NCBI GenBank assembly: GCA_046563655.1
Contig: CM102288.1
Location: 5,890,001-5,954,000, forward strand
DNA: 64,000 nt
Reading direction: 5' to 3'
Source of the DNA: Yuukianura sp. NJ FZ-2021
Taxonomy: Eukaryota
This document shows positions 1 to 13,841 of the stretch, piece after piece. Made by a program: the position numbers and the translations under genes. Numbering within the stretch: the stretch's first letter is position 1; every line of letters starts with the position of its first letter. Under the pieces are notes generated by a model that was not told the origin of the DNA, searched no databases, and worked only from the letters and a program-made list of their open reading frames with translations.

Positions 1-313
1 ACAAATTACAAACAAATGGCAATTGCAAAAACGGGCATTAGAACATTTCTTTAGTCTGACGTCGTATGTCATTTGAAAATCCTAGCATTTGCCATTTCGA
101 TTTCATTTTGTCTATCTACCAGTATGTCCCGTTAACGGTAATCCCGCAAGTTTTGTATTCTGAATTGCCATTTGTTTTGTATTTTGCACATTTTATAACT
201 GAGAAGCTTTACTGTATTGGCACTCTGGTGCTACTAGGTCTTGTTTTAATGCTAAGCAAAAAAGGGATTGCCTAGTGCGCCAATAAAAAAAAAATTGTTT
301 TTTAACAACTTAC

Positions 314-1951
314 CGGCTCAGCGTACGTTACAAAAATGAGTTGTTGGAGTCGTTTTAGCCGTCCAGTGGCGGAAGCGTACAAAACAATGTAAATGTCGTT
401 CCATATTAAATCAATTTGAAGATGTCTCAGTTCTAAAATAAATAATAAGTTAAACCGCTTTGTTAAAAGAAATCGTTTAAAGTGTTCAATATTTTTTTTT
501 ACTTACTATGAATTTCTCCAATTGGATTTCTATCAGTGCCAAACGTTTTTCCTTTGAAATCATTGATACGCTGAAGTACATAAGGTCGCCCTCGGATTGA
601 ATTTCTGTTGTTGTTGTAAGGTTCGCCAGTTAACACTTCCCATATGTATCCCGATATCTTTAAGCTTTCCAAGTGAGGCAAATTTTTCACCAAGGCGTAA
701 AATGCATCAAAATCAGGATGGAAAGATGACCCGGTGTCACGTTTCCGAAAAATCACACTAAGTTTCTTGACATTTGGAAAGAGGAAATGGGCATTGTTTG
801 AAGTTATGTTTGTGACACTGGTCAAGCGGAGATGTTGGACAGTGTAGAATGGGTGTGTGTGTAAATTAGGAATGTCGTCATAGTGACTCCAATTTTGAAA
901 GAACTTGAGTTTGGCCAAAGGTAAAGTTTGAATCCACTTCCAGATTGCAGTTTTGAGATCCAAGTTAAGTTCAGTCGGAAGTGAAATAGCAAGAGCAGCA
1001 ATTTTGGGTTGCGGAGTCAATGTTACGAGTTGGTTGCAAACATCTTGAAACGTGTCGGTGATAATTCCAAGCCGAAGTTTAACTTTTGTTGAAGTTGAGC
1101 ACAGGAGACTTAACCAGTTTGGTAATTTTTGGAGTTCAGATGTACGCATAATTCTTTCATGAAAGGTATGCGATCTACTTAGACTGTCGTACTCGACGCC
1201 GCAAAAGTAGGGATAGTAAAGTAGCGAAAGCACTTTTAGATGAGGCGAGTGCTTGATGATGTTTTCAAACATGACTGGCTCTTCAGAATCTCTGCCATAC
1301 TTATCTAGTGTGAATTTCACCTTGAACTTTTTTAAACTTCGAAACGCTTGAGCACAACTTGCCTCATTTGTGGGTGGAATTTGGATTCCGTAGTAAACCA
1401 CTAGATACAGAGATGTTAAATTGGAAGCGGCAAAAAGTAAAGTTTGAATTGATCGCCCATAGTCTCTTCTCCAGCAGTGACTCTTTGTTTTCCAAGTTGG
1501 AGGATCCAAACTCCAACTCTTACGAGTCTTCGGCAGTAACCTGACTTCAGTGGCGTGTGTAGTTTTCAAAAAATGTTGAATTGTATTAAGAGCAATGTGT
1601 TGATCAAGTTCAAAAGCAAACTTGAAAAATGGAACTTGTGACCCTGGAGTAGTGCGCATGAGCCAGGAGAAGTATTTCATGTCGTTGTTGGTTCGGAAGT
1701 GAATTGGCTTGTGACGTTTTCTTAGCATATCAAAAATTGACGGGTCGTCCCTCCAGCTTCGGCAAACCAAGCGACAATTCAGAATGTCGACACTGGAAAC
1801 CAGCGAAAGGATTTGACCAAAAACCTAAGCAAAAGTAATATATTTTACGAAAATATATTGAATTCAAAATTCAACCACTTACTTCTGTTGGTAGAGTATC
1901 AAAAACATCATTTTGCTTATTTGCGTCTCCTGAAGCCAAAAGTTCTTCCAT
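314..1951 (-). CDS. F-box protein, subtype A copy 1 (3' exon lies outside the window)
   Basis: Exons 1951-1883 (MEELLASGDANKQNDVFDTLPTE), 1824-507 and 432-314 with GT-AG introns. The spliced F-box motif reads FDTLPTE|VFGQILSLVSSVDILNCRLVCRSWRD, followed by an LRR-like region. Confidence 0.85.
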
Positions 1952-2219
1952 TCTAATTTACGCTTCTGTCTAGAAGTGTTAGATTACCACACAAATTAAA
2001 ATAACAAAGTTTTATGAAATTTGTTATTTTTAAAATCGAGAAATGGAATAAGCGTCTCTTGCGTATAGCTAAGACACTTTACTTTGAATTTCTCGTTTTT
2101 TGGTTATAAAACTTCTGTTCTTTTCCATTTTGCCGTCGGGCAAAACTAAAATACAAAAATCCAAACACTAAAAATAAAAGTCCCTAAATTTTGCCATTGG
2201 TATCCATCACGGACCTTCG

Positions 2220-3560
2220 TTTTCTCGTGGTACTTAACAGTAACTCTGTTTTGAGTTGTAAACTTGAATTCAGAAATTGTCGTCGTTTCGTTTTTTTTTG
2301 CTAAAAATGGAAACGAAACGGTTTGCCGCAACATTGAAATCAAAACGGAAACTAAATTTCAAAACTTTGTTCCTGCTTTCAAAGATCAACGTCTTGTCAT
2401 TCCAAACTTGTCAAAATTGTTAGAATGGAAATGGACTGTAAATTGGAAAGTTTGATTTTAAGTTGCTTTCTAGAACAATTGAAATGAGTTTGTGTATAAT
2501 TCTTAAATCTTTAAAATCTACTTTCAAAAATTGTCCAAATTGAAAATGTTTTAAATTTTTTAAAATCTACTATGAAATTAGCTTGAATCCTCTGGTTTAC
2601 AATAAAAACGTAAATTTCAGTGGGATTTTTCAAACATTTCCGATTATCTCCATGGTACGGCGCCACTGTATACAAATTGAAGTTGAATTAAAATTTAGGA
2701 TCTTAATTTCAGTGCATTTTTTTAAAACTACAACTGGAATTCTCTGAAAAGTTAATCATCTTATAATTAAACAACTCTTTGTTTCATTTTATGTAACTAA
2801 ATATGATAGTAATATAAATATTCCTTTTGTCGTAGTACTTTACACTACTTATGTTTTGAGTTGTAAACTTGAATTCAGAAATTAGGGTTGCTGTCGTGCG
2901 TTTCGTTTCCGTTTTCTGCTAAAAACGGAAACGGAACGGTATGCCGCAAAAACGAAATGGAGACGGTTATAAAACAGATAAACGAAAACTGAACGAAAAA
3001 AAACTGTTGAATTTATAACTAAATTTCAAAACTTGGATTTCATGTTCTGGCTTTCAAAAATCCGTCTTGTCATCCCAAACGTGGTGAAAATTTTTAGAAT
3101 GGACTGTAATTTGAAAGCTTGATTTTAATTTGCTTTCTAAAACAATTCAAATGAGTTAGTGTATAATTCTTAAATCTTTAAAATATACTTTTAAAAATTG
3201 TCAAACTTGAAAATGTTTTAAATATTTTAAATCTCCTATGCAATAGCTTGAATCCTCTGGATTTACAATAAAAGCGTTAATTTCAGTGCCATTTTTCAAA
3301 CATTCGCGATTATCTCCATGGTAAGGCGCCATTTTAGATAAATTGCAGTTGATTGAAGCCCCAAGTTCATTCTATATCCGAATAAGCTTGCTTATCATAA
3401 AAATTTATTATTATATAATAATAATAACTATATAATATATTATATAATAATTTATTTATAAAAATTTAGGATCTTATTTCACTGCATTTGTTTTTACAAC
3501 AACTGGGATTTTGTGAAAAGTTAGCAATGCTAATTAGGTAAGTCTTTATTATATTTTAGG
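2220..3560. repeat. Diverged tandem duplication of a ~600-bp intergenic unit (about 2220-2820 and 2825-3560), also homologous to about 9960-10580
   Basis: Shared blocks such as ttttgagttgtaaacttgaattcagaaatt, cttgtcatyccaaac and gattatctccatggta recur in the same order. Confidence 0.7.
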
Positions 3561-3563
3561 TAA

Positions 3564-5679
3564 CTAAAAATGCATAACTTCGTTGACGAACAACACCTTG
3601 TCGTGGTATTTGCGGAGGTGAAGCGTGGCTTTTTCTATGTCCGGAGTTAGGTCATCCAAGGGCTGAGAAAGCTAAATAAATATTACAATTTAGTTAATGT
3701 GATGTTCCAAAACAAAGATCTAGTTTATAAGGGGAGATTTTGTTCTCTACGGTGGCCCTATACATTCCAATTCTGATTCTGGAGTTTGGTAATTCAAACA
3801 GAATTTCCCTTGCATTGTATGAATTACAAAACGACAAAATTAGTTACAATGAGGTTCCACACTTATGAAATGGGCAAAATACAAACAAATGGCAATTGCA
3901 CAAACGTGGATTTTGTATTCTGAACAGAAAAAACTTGTCGCTAAACAAATTACCGGCTCTTGGTGCATCAAAAAGGTGAGTTGTCGCAATCGCTTGAGGC
4001 GTCCAGTGGCGGAAGCGATCAAAGCAGCGTAAAGTCCGTTCACCACCGATTCAATTTGAAGATGTTTCAGTTCTAAAATAAAGAATATAGAATTCTTAAA
4101 ACTCATCCATTAGTTTAAACAGGTTAATTGTTTTACTTACCGCTAATTTCGCCAATTGGATTTTTGTCAGGCGTTTTTCCTTTCAAATTTTTGATAAGCT
4201 TAAGTACAGAGGGTCGCCGTCGATTGGAATTTGTATCGTTGTCATAAGGTTCGCCAGTTAACACTTCCCATGTCCTTCCTCTTAGTTTTAAGCTTTCCAA
4301 ATGAGGCAAATTTTTTACCAAGGTATAAAACGCATGAAAATCTGGATGGAACGATGAGCCGGGGTTATGTTTCCAAAAATTCACACTCAGTTTCTTCACA
4401 TTTGGAAACAGTAAATGGGCATTGTTTGAAGTTATGTTTGTGACACTGGTCAAGCGGAGATGTTGGACAGTGTAGAATGGGTTTGTGGGTAAATTAGGAA
4501 CGTCGTCATAGTGACTATAATTTTCGAAGAATTTGAGTTTGACCAAAGGTAAAGTTTGAATCCACTTCCAAATTGAAGTTTTGAGATCCAAGTTCAGTTC
4601 AGTCGGGAGTGAAAAAGCAAGAGCGACAATTCTGGGTTGCGGAATCAATGTTACGAGTTGGTTACAAACATTTTGAAACGTGTCGGTGATAATTCCAAGT
4701 CGAAGTTTCACTTTTGTTGAAGGTGAGCGTAGGACACTTAACAAGGTTGGCAACTTTTGGAGTTCGGGTGTACGCATAACTTTTTCATGATAGTTATGCG
4801 GATTACCTGCACGGAAACGCCACTCCGGTGGAACATCGGCGTAAATGTAGTTGACTCCGCAAAAGTAGGGATAGTAAAGTAGCGAAAGTACTTTGAGGTG
4901 AGGCGAGTGCTTGATGATGTCTTCAAACATATTCATCTCCTCAGCATCATCTCCGTAGGGATTTGTAAATTTGACCTTGAACTTTTTTAAGTTCCGAAAG
5001 GCTTGAGCACAACTTGCGTCAGTTGTGGCGGGAAATTTGGTTCCATAGCCAACCACTAGATACAAAGAAGTTAAATTTGAAGTGCTAAAAAGCATCGTTT
5101 GAACTGACCGCCCATAGTCTGTTCCCCATGAGTGACTTTTTCTCTTCCAACTTGGAAATTCCAAAGTCTGTTTCTTATGAACATTCGGCAGTATACTGAT
5201 TTTAGCATCTTCTGTCGTTTTCAAAAAATCTTCAATTGTGTTTAGAGCAATGTCTTGATCAAAATGAAAAGCAAACTTGGAAAATGGAATTTGTGATCCC
5301 GGAGTTGTGCGCATGAGCCACGAGAAGTATTTAATGTCGTTGTTGCTTCTGAAGTGAATTGGCTTGTGCCGTTTTCGTAGCACAAGACTCATGTCCCTCC
5401 AACTACGGCAAACCAGGCGACAATTCAGAACGTCATTACTTGGAAGTAGCGACAGTATTTGGTCAAAAACCTACACAAAATGTAAAATATTTGAAAAAAA
5501 ATGTTTGTTGTTTAATTAAAAATCATTAAAGCGGTTGTAAGCCGTGCATAACTAATCACAGGCAGACATGAATCCTATTAAAAACTAGCCTTTGCTATTT
5601 AATTACTTACTTCTGTTGGTAGAGCATCGATGATATCTTGTTGCTGATTTGCGTTTCCCGAAGCCGAAATTTCCTCCAT
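3564..5679 (-). CDS. F-box protein, subtype A copy 2 (4 exons)
   Basis: ATG at 5679, F-box split by an intron, long exon matching ORF 4133-5392, exon about 4072-3954 (LKHLQIE..ASATGRLKRLRQL), last exon about 3662-3564 (PLDDLTPD..YHDKVLFVNEVMHF*). Confidence 0.85.
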
Positions 5680-6063
5680 TCTAAGCCGAAATTTCCTCCA
5701 TTCTAACTTTCGCTTTGTATTGTTGAATCCAGTTACTCACAAACGGTGTGAAGTTTATATTTGTTTGTACACGGTCGTTTACCTAGAACTGTTAGCTGAC
5801 TACACAAATTAAAGGAAATTTTATATTTTGAAGAGTGCAACCTGTAAAAGAGGTGAATTATTTTCGAAATCGACGAACTGGAGCGGCCTTAGAGTTTGAC
5901 AAAGAGACTTTACTTTGAGTTCCTCGCTTTTTGGAGGTAGAACATTATTGCTCTTTTCCACTTTGCTCTAGGGCTAAACTAAAACAAGCAACCCCAAATA
6001 CTATAAATAAACTTTCCCTAAATTTTAGCCTTGCCATCCATGAACTCCGCTCTTTCGTTTTAC

Positions 6064-6353
6064 CAAGGTGGATAAACAAAGAAATACTTTTTCTTCAACA
6101 GGTTAGGAAATAACTCGAGGTTTTTTGCGAAAAATTTTCAAAGCTGAATTCACCTAGTTTCAATCGCGGGTGGTATAGTAAACGGAATTAAAAAATTCGA
6201 AGAGATGGCTTTTGAATTGGCAAATTCAAAGTAGAAAAGGAGTAAAAGGCAGACAAAAAAGGTAGAAAAATTGTTTGACTCAAGATTTTACGAAAACAGG
6301 ACTTATTGCCTAACCTGTTAAAGGAAAACTATTTCGTTGCTGCAGCAACCATG
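6064..6353. mobile_element. MITE, CAAGG-ended family; near-identical copy at 51943-52234
   Basis: About 290 bp is shared with a CYP intron 46 kb away. Subterminal inverted repeat aacaggttagg..aataa / ttattgcctaacctgtt. Confidence 0.7.
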
Positions 6354-6933
6354 CGTCCTATACTATTGTAAACTTCAATTATTTAGAAATGAAGCTAGAC
6401 TTTCACGCCGGAATGTTATGAACAATGTCTGTTATGCTAAAAGCTGTCTTAAAAATAATTGAATTTTCTGAAGAAGTTGAACTGATCTGCAAGACTTCAA
6501 TTTCTAAAGAAATTGAAATACTTGCATGCAATTATCATTATGGTTTGCCTATTTTTAGAAGCCACTTGTCGAATATGAAAACAAATCCAGTCGCCTTATG
6601 GACCGTTAACATAGAAATTATCACTTTTTTGAAATTTTGTGTACAAACCAAATGAAGAAAGTGTTTTTTGAAAAACGAGTTTTTCCATAAGCGTCTCAAT
6701 GGAAACGAAAAAACGAGCAAAACAGAAAGTGTCTTCTAAAAAGGACAAACTTATAATTTCAATACTCCGCAGTGCTTATCAATTAAGCAACCAATTTTTA
6801 TACTGGTATTGTGACAATTTGATATTTCGATTAGCAAAATTTACTTTTAAAAAAAATCCCAAAGAACTTCCAACTAACGCTATTAAATTTTAACAAAATT
6901 TGAATATAATGTATTTAAAACTAATTTATGTTT

Positions 6934-8988
6934 TTAGTCCTGGATATATTTATTTTGGAACTCCACCTTATCATGGAACTGGCGAACAATGGTGGCGGCC
7001 ACGCTAGCGCTAGCAATCCGGTAATGCTCCGGTTCATCCGGCTGAAAATACGTAAATGTATTCACTCATATTAGTAATAACTGAGGTGTTATTAATTTAA
7101 CTTTGATTATTAACTAAAACATAACGTACATTCAGTTCGTTCGTTACGCAAATGAATCTGTCCAGTCGCTGTAGCCTCCCAGTCGCTGAAGCATACGCCG
7201 CAGCATACAAACTACGACCAAGTTCACTAACTTTGAGAGTTTTTAGCTCTAGAAAAATGTTAAATTTTTTAATCCATTATAAAATTTAGTGAATTCAGAG
7301 ATAAAATAATTCATATGTATAAGAAAAAAGTATGTTTCTGTTACTCGAGCGTGAATTCAGAACACAGTACAGGTTGGACTATTCCTCAGAATCCGGGGTT
7401 AATGTTGTAAGCATCATAATTCTGAGGATTAGAAACTTTTTTCAATACCGAGGGTATAGTACCGTGTTTTGAATTCACTGCCGTTTCTTTTACTTTTAAG
7501 TTCCTTGATCGGACTCCAAATCTCACAAGGTTTCCCTCGCTGATTTTGAATTCTATAAAGGATGCATTCCTCTGTAGTGCGATGCCTTTTACAGTCCTTA
7601 TCATACGGATCCGCAGTCAAAATTTCCCACGTATTTCCAGTTAGCCTAAGATGTTCCAAGTGAGGCACATTAGGTACCAATGAACGGAAAGCTTCGAAAG
7701 CTGGGGACATCAATGTCGTATCCGCAGCGTCTTCATACCCCACATCAACACTCAGTTTTCTTAAATTTGGAAAAAGTAAGTGATCATCGCATAGAGTGAT
7801 TGGCGTGAGGCGGGTCAAGCGTAGTTCACGTAGGGCGTAGAAACGGTTTGTGGGGAGGTCAGGAATGTCTACGTAGCTACTACGGTAGTTTTCAAAAAAC
7901 TTGAGTTTTGAGAGAGGTAAATTTTGAATCCAATTCCAAATTGAAGTCATGAAAGCGAAGTCAAGTTCAGGGCGCAGTGAAATGGCAAGGGAAACAATCC
8001 TGGGTTGTGGATCCAACTTGATCAGCTGATTCCAGACACCTTGAAATGTATTTGTGATGATCCCAAGTCGGAGCTTTACCTTTATCGAAGGTGATGGAAG
8101 TAGGCTTAGAAGAACTGGCAGTTTCTGCAATTCTTGAGTACGCATTGTTTCTTCAGGGTAATTGTAGTGTACCAAGCAAAAGTACGGATAATACAGTAGG
8201 GAGAGAAGTTGTAGGCGAGGAGAATTTTTGATAATGATTTCACAAATTGTGGTCTGATCAGCCGATTTTTGAGCACGACTATTAAAATCATAATCCATCA
8301 GTGCAAATTTTACCTTGAACTTTCTAAGGTGTGGAAAACCTTGAGTAGTACAAGAGTCATATGTGACTGAAAAATTAAATTTGAAAGGAATCACTAAGAA
8401 TAGTGAAGTAACGTTTGAAATGTTTGAAGTGAGCAACAGAGGAACTGAGTGTCGGTAGTCCGTAGCTGGTGTGTAGCCGTTATGTTTTTGAACGGCCCAA
8501 TTTGAGTTTTCATATATGTCTCTGTTTACAATGTAGAACTGAATAGACAGTCCAGTGATGTCTAAGCCATAGCGGCTTAAAAAGTCTTCAACTGTGTTTG
8601 AACTAACATATTGGTCAAAGTGGAAAGCAAATTTTGAAAATGGAATTTGAACTCCTGGAGTTGTGCGCATGAGCCACAAGAAATATGCGACGTCGCTATT
8701 GGATCTGAAGTTGATTACTTTGGATCTACTTCGGAGCATTAGTAGTGTAACTGTGTGATCTCTCCAATAGCGACAAACGAGGCGACATGCTAGAATGTCT
8801 TTGATTGGTAGTGCTGAAAAGATTTTTATAAAAATCTGAAAACAAAAATAAAAGAGGTTAAGCGATACATTTTGTTATTAAATATTTTATTTAATATTTT
8901 CCAAAAAACTAACCTCATCTGAGAATTTATTAATAATATTTTCTGACTGATTTGATTCTTGCAATGCCTCAAGTTTCTCCTCCTCCAT
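6934..8988 (-). CDS. F-box protein, subtype B copy 1 (4 exons)
   Basis: Exon 1 is 8988-8914 (MEEEKLEALQESNQSENIINKFSDE). Exon 2 starts at 8835 (IFIKIFSALPIKDILACRLVCRYWRD). Exon 3 is about 7247-7129. The last exon ends VEFQNKYIQD*. Confidence 0.85.
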
Positions 8989-9334
8989 TTTCTTTTCTTC
9001 GAGTTCCACAAAGTGACGACTGGTTCAACGGATTTCTTGTTACAAAAACTGTAGGTTTCAGTGAAAACTTAAAATAAGTTATTTTAAGACGACAACAAAA
9101 TGCAAGGACGTTGAAAATTGGAAAACTGACATTTGAATCCTTTTTTTTCACAAATACCTTTTAAGGGAGGAACATAAAATCGTGATTTTCACAGTAAACT
9201 TTTAGAAAAAATGGAATCCTAACTTTGGGAAAGTTCATTCACGACTTGAATTGGGCTTCTGGGACGACAAACCATGGGACGAGTTTCGCAATTACGAAAA
9301 AATTCAAATTCTTCTTTCAGATTTTCGTTTAATC

Positions 9335-9696
9335 GAGTAATGTCTTGATCAACTTCAAAAACAAACTTGGAAAATGGAACTCCTGATCTTGGAATTGAGC
9401 GCATGAGCAATAAGAAGTATTTGATGTCGTTGTTTGTTCGGTAGTGAATTGGCTTGTGACATTTCCGTAGCACAAAAAGCATTGATGGGTCGTCCCTCCA
9501 ACTGCGGCAAACCAACCGAAAATTCATAATGTCGTTACTGGGAAGCAGCGACAGTATTTGGCCAAAAACCTATTTAAAAAGTAACATATTTGACGAAAAT
9601 ATTTTGAAGTCAAAAATCAACAACTTACTTCTGTTGGCAGAGTATCAAAAATATCATTTTTCTGATTTGCGCTCTTGGAGCCCAAACTTCCGCCAT
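9335..9696 (-). pseudogene. Truncated, frameshifted F-box gene (subtype A copy 3)
   Basis: Exon 1 is 68 nt versus 69 nt in paralogs (1-nt deletion). Homology stops after FEVDQDI at about 9335, and the remaining ~1.1 kb of coding sequence is absent. Confidence 0.85.
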
Positions 9697-10585
9697 TCTA
9701 ACTTGCACTTTTGTCTAGAAGTGGTAATTACTAACACAAATTATTTTTTTTTTTTTTATAAAATCTGTTACTTTTAAAATCGAGAAATGGAATAAGCGTC
9801 TCTTGCGTATAGCTAAGAAACTTTACTTTGAATTCCTCGTTTTTTGGACATACAAACTTCTGTTCTTTTCCATTTTGCCGTAGGGCAAAACTAAAATACA
9901 AATCCCCAAACACTGAAAATAAACGTCCTTAAATTTTGCCTGTGGTACCCATCACGGACTTTGTTTTGTCGTGGTACTTTACAGTATGTCTGTTTTGAGT
10001 TGTTGTAAACTTGAATTCAGAAATTATGGTTGCTGTTGTGGTTTCGATTCCGTGTTTTGCCAAAAACGGAAAGGAAACGGTTATAAAACAGATAAACGAA
10101 AACTGAACGAAAAAAAAAACTCTTGAATTTTATAACTAAATTTCAAAACTTGGATTTCATGTTCTGGCTTTCAAAAATTCATGTCTTGTCATCCCAAACT
10201 TGGTTAAAATTGTTAGAATGGACTGTAATTTGAAAGTTTGATTTTAATTTGCTTTGTAAAACAATTGAAATGAGTTAGTGTGTAGCAACGAATTTCAGGC
10301 GTTTACTTTTACGTGTCACACCCGTATTTTAATTTTTTTTTATACGTCTGGATTTACAATAGAAGCATCAAATTCAGGGCGAGGTTTCAAACATTGCCGT
10401 TCTCACTATGGTATGGCGTCACTGTACATAAACTGCAATTGATTGGAAAAACAAAATCAATTCAATTCCAATAAAAAACTTGTTTGGAAAAACTCCTAAA
10501 GATTGAGAATCCTGATATCAGTGCATTTATTTAAACTAACTGGAATTCTCTGGAAAGTTGACAATCCTAAAACTACTCTTTATTA

Positions 10586-10827
10586 CAAGGCAAATAGAAT
10601 AATACTAGGTAGTGCGAACAAAAACTTTGTGAGCGTTACCACGGCATTTTTTATGACGTCACTCGTTGAAAAATACCGTAATCGTCAGATTAAAATCCCA
10701 GGCGCTAATCTAAACAACACTAGCGGCTATTTGTTTCCATAGGATACCATCATTATTCCTTGAATCGCGGTATTTTTTCAACGAGTGACGTCACAAGCAA
10801 AAACAGCGTTGGTTGCTAAGGGGACTG
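10586..10827. mobile_element. MITE-like insertion with 9-bp flanking direct repeat
   Basis: tctttatta at 10577-10585 and 10828-10836. Internal ~25-bp inverted repeat at 10654-10678 / 10768-10793. Absent from the paralogous 3' flank near 3540. Confidence 0.65.
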
Positions 10828-10848
10828 TCTTTATTATATTTTATGTAA

Positions 10849-13018
10849 CTAAAAATGCATAACTTCGTTGATGAACACCACCTTGTCGTGGTACTTGCGG
10901 AGGAGATTCGTGGCATATTCCTCTTCCTGGGTTGGGTCGTCCAAGGGCTGAGAAAATTCAATAAACATTGCAATTTACATGATGTAATGGTAAAATGGAA
11001 ATATCATTGACATAAAAACATTTGTGACTTTGTCCTCTTTGTGTAAGTAAACAAAACCTCATTCACTTGTACCCACACATTGTAACTACAACCCTGCTTT
11101 CCTAACCACCTACTTAATGATCACAATTCTGCCGTTAGAAATTGAAAAATCACCACAACCATGTGACTGCAACCGCCCACCGCATACTTTCAGTTGAGAC
11201 AAGAATCCAAAGAACGGTGGTTAGGTTACGCTGCGTTGCGTCGGTACACCGGATGCAAGAATTGTCATTACTATCCCGTTAGTAAGAGCATCTTCGCTAG
11301 GCGGCGTCATGTATTACCTAGTTCGTGAATTAAAAAACTAGTTTAACAAATTACCGGTGTTTCGTGTGTCAAAAACGTGAGTTGCCGGAGTCGTTTGAGC
11401 CGTCCAGTGACGGAAGCGTACAAAGGAGTGTACATGTAGTTAAGCATCAACTCAATTTCAAGATACTTCAGGTCTAAAATAAATAATTTGTTAAGGTGTA
11501 AAACGCATTCATAAAAATAATCTTTAATTTGCTTTTCCTTACTGTGAATTTCTCCAATTGGATTTTTATCAATACCAATCGTTTCTCCTGCGAAATCTTT
11601 GATACGCTGAAGTACGTACGGTGGATCTTGGATGGATTCTCTATCATTATTATACGGTTCACCAGTTAACACTTCCCATGTCCATCCCGTTAGCTTTAAG
11701 GTTTCCAAGTGAGGCAAATTTTTTACCAAGGAGTAAAATGCATCAAAATCTGGATGGAACGATGTCCCAGTGTGATGTTTCCGTAAATACAAACTGAGTT
11801 TCTTCACATTTGGAAACAGGAAATGGGCATTGTTTGAAGTTATGTTTGTGACACTGGTCAAGCGTAGTTGGTGCACAGTCTCAAATGGGTTGGTGTGTAA
11901 ATTGGGAACGTCGTCGTAGTGACTCTTATCTTGAAAGAACTTGAGTTTGGCCAAAGGTAACGTTTGAATCCACTTCCAAATTGACGTTTTGAGATCCAAG
12001 TTAAGTTCCCTCGGAAGCGAAATAGCAAGAGCAACAATTCTGGGTTGCGGAGTCAATGTTACGAGTTGATTGCAGACATTTTGAAATGTGTCGGTGATAA
12101 TTCCGAGCCGGAGTTTGACCTTTGTTGAAGGTGAACGTAGAAGACTTAACAAGTTTGGCAACTTTTGTACTTCGGTTGTACGCATAATTTTTTCATGATA
12201 GTTACCCGCTCCTTCTGCATTGTACTGCAACTGCCACGGGATATCCGGGTAAACGTAGCTGACTTCGCAAAAATATGGATAGTAAAGTAGCGAAAGCACT
12301 TTGAGATGAGGCGACTGCTTGATGATGTTTTCAAACATATTTATCTCCTCGGAATCTTCTCCGTAGGGATCAGTGAATTTGACCTTGAACTTTTTTAAAT
12401 TCCGAAATGCTTGAGCACAACTTGCTTCGTTTGTGGCGGGAAATTCCGTTCCGTAGGCAACCACTAGATACAAAGATGTTAAATTTGACGCGGTAAAAAG
12501 CATAGTTTGAACTGATCGCCCATAGTCTCGTCCCCATGAGTGACTTTTTGTTTTCCAATTTGGAAGTTTCAAAGTCCATCTCTTAAGAATCTTCGGCAGT
12601 AAAAAGATTTCAGCAACGTGCGTAGTTTTCAAAAATTTTTCAACCGTATCAATACCAATGTCTTGATCAATTTTAAAGACAAACTTGGAAAATGGAACTT
12701 TTGGCCGCGGAGTTGAGCGCATGAGCAACGAGAAGTATTTGATGTCGTTGTTGCTTCGGAACTGAATTGGCTTGTGATATTTTTGTAGCACAAGAAACAT
12801 TGATGCGTCGTCCCTCCAACTGCGGCAAACCAAACGACAATTCAGAATGTCATTACTTGGAAGCAGCGACAGTATTTGGCCAAACACCTATTTAAAATGT
12901 AAGATATTTGACAAAAAATGTTTTTGTTTTCAGTGAAAAATCAACAACTTACTTCTGTTGGTAGAGTATCAAAAACATCATGTTGCTGATTTGTGTCTCC
13001 TGAAACCCTTTCCGCCAT
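10849..13018 (-). CDS. F-box protein, subtype A copy 4 (4 exons)
   Basis: Exon 1 is 13018-12953 (MAERVSGDTNQQHDVFDTLPTE). ORF 11343-12887 covers exons 2-3. The last exon ends YHDKVVFINEVMHF*. Confidence 0.85.
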
Positions 13019-13841
13019 TCTTCGAACTTTTTTGTGTAGAGGCGTTAGCTGACTTCACAAATTAAAAAAAAAATTTAAACCACGCAGCAGGTAAAAAAAT
13101 GTGTTAATTTTAAAATGAACAAATTGAATAGTAAGCGTCCCTTGAGTGTGCCAAGGACACTTTACTTCGAATTCCTCGCTTTTTGGATGTAAAACTTTTC
13201 TCGTTTTTTACTTTGCCCTTGGGCAAAGCTAAAATATGAAACCCCAAACACTATAAATAAATTTTCCCTAAATTTTGTCCTGTGTATCCATCAAGGATCT
13301 TCAAGGATTTTCGGATTTCTAAATAAATTAAAATGATTGCAATTAAATTATTTAATTCAAATCTCCAGTGACTATCAATAACCTATAATTTCTTACAATA
13401 GTATTGTACTAATTTAATACTGTTACTCGCATAGAATTTACTAAAAAAATTCCTTAAAAGTTCCAACCAACACTATTAAATGGAATCAAACAAATTTGGA
13501 TACAAAAACTACATTTTAAAATAACTGTACATTCTGCGTATGTATTTTTTGGTTAGGTTAGTCGTAAAACCTCGGCGGTCCTACTTTTTATATATTAAAA
13601 AGAGATGGTAAAAATATTTTTTATCAATTGCAACAATAATTAATTACCTACAAATGTATTTACGACACTCTTATATATTAAACCTATAACATATAAAAGT
13701 ATGTATTTATACAAGGTACAAATATTTTAAATTCCCAATATATTAATTCGTATTTTTCGAAGTTGCGGACCTTACCTTTACTAGAAACTTACGGTACTGT
13801 GGGAGGAGTGAACTTTCCATACGCTACTCACCGTTTGTTGG

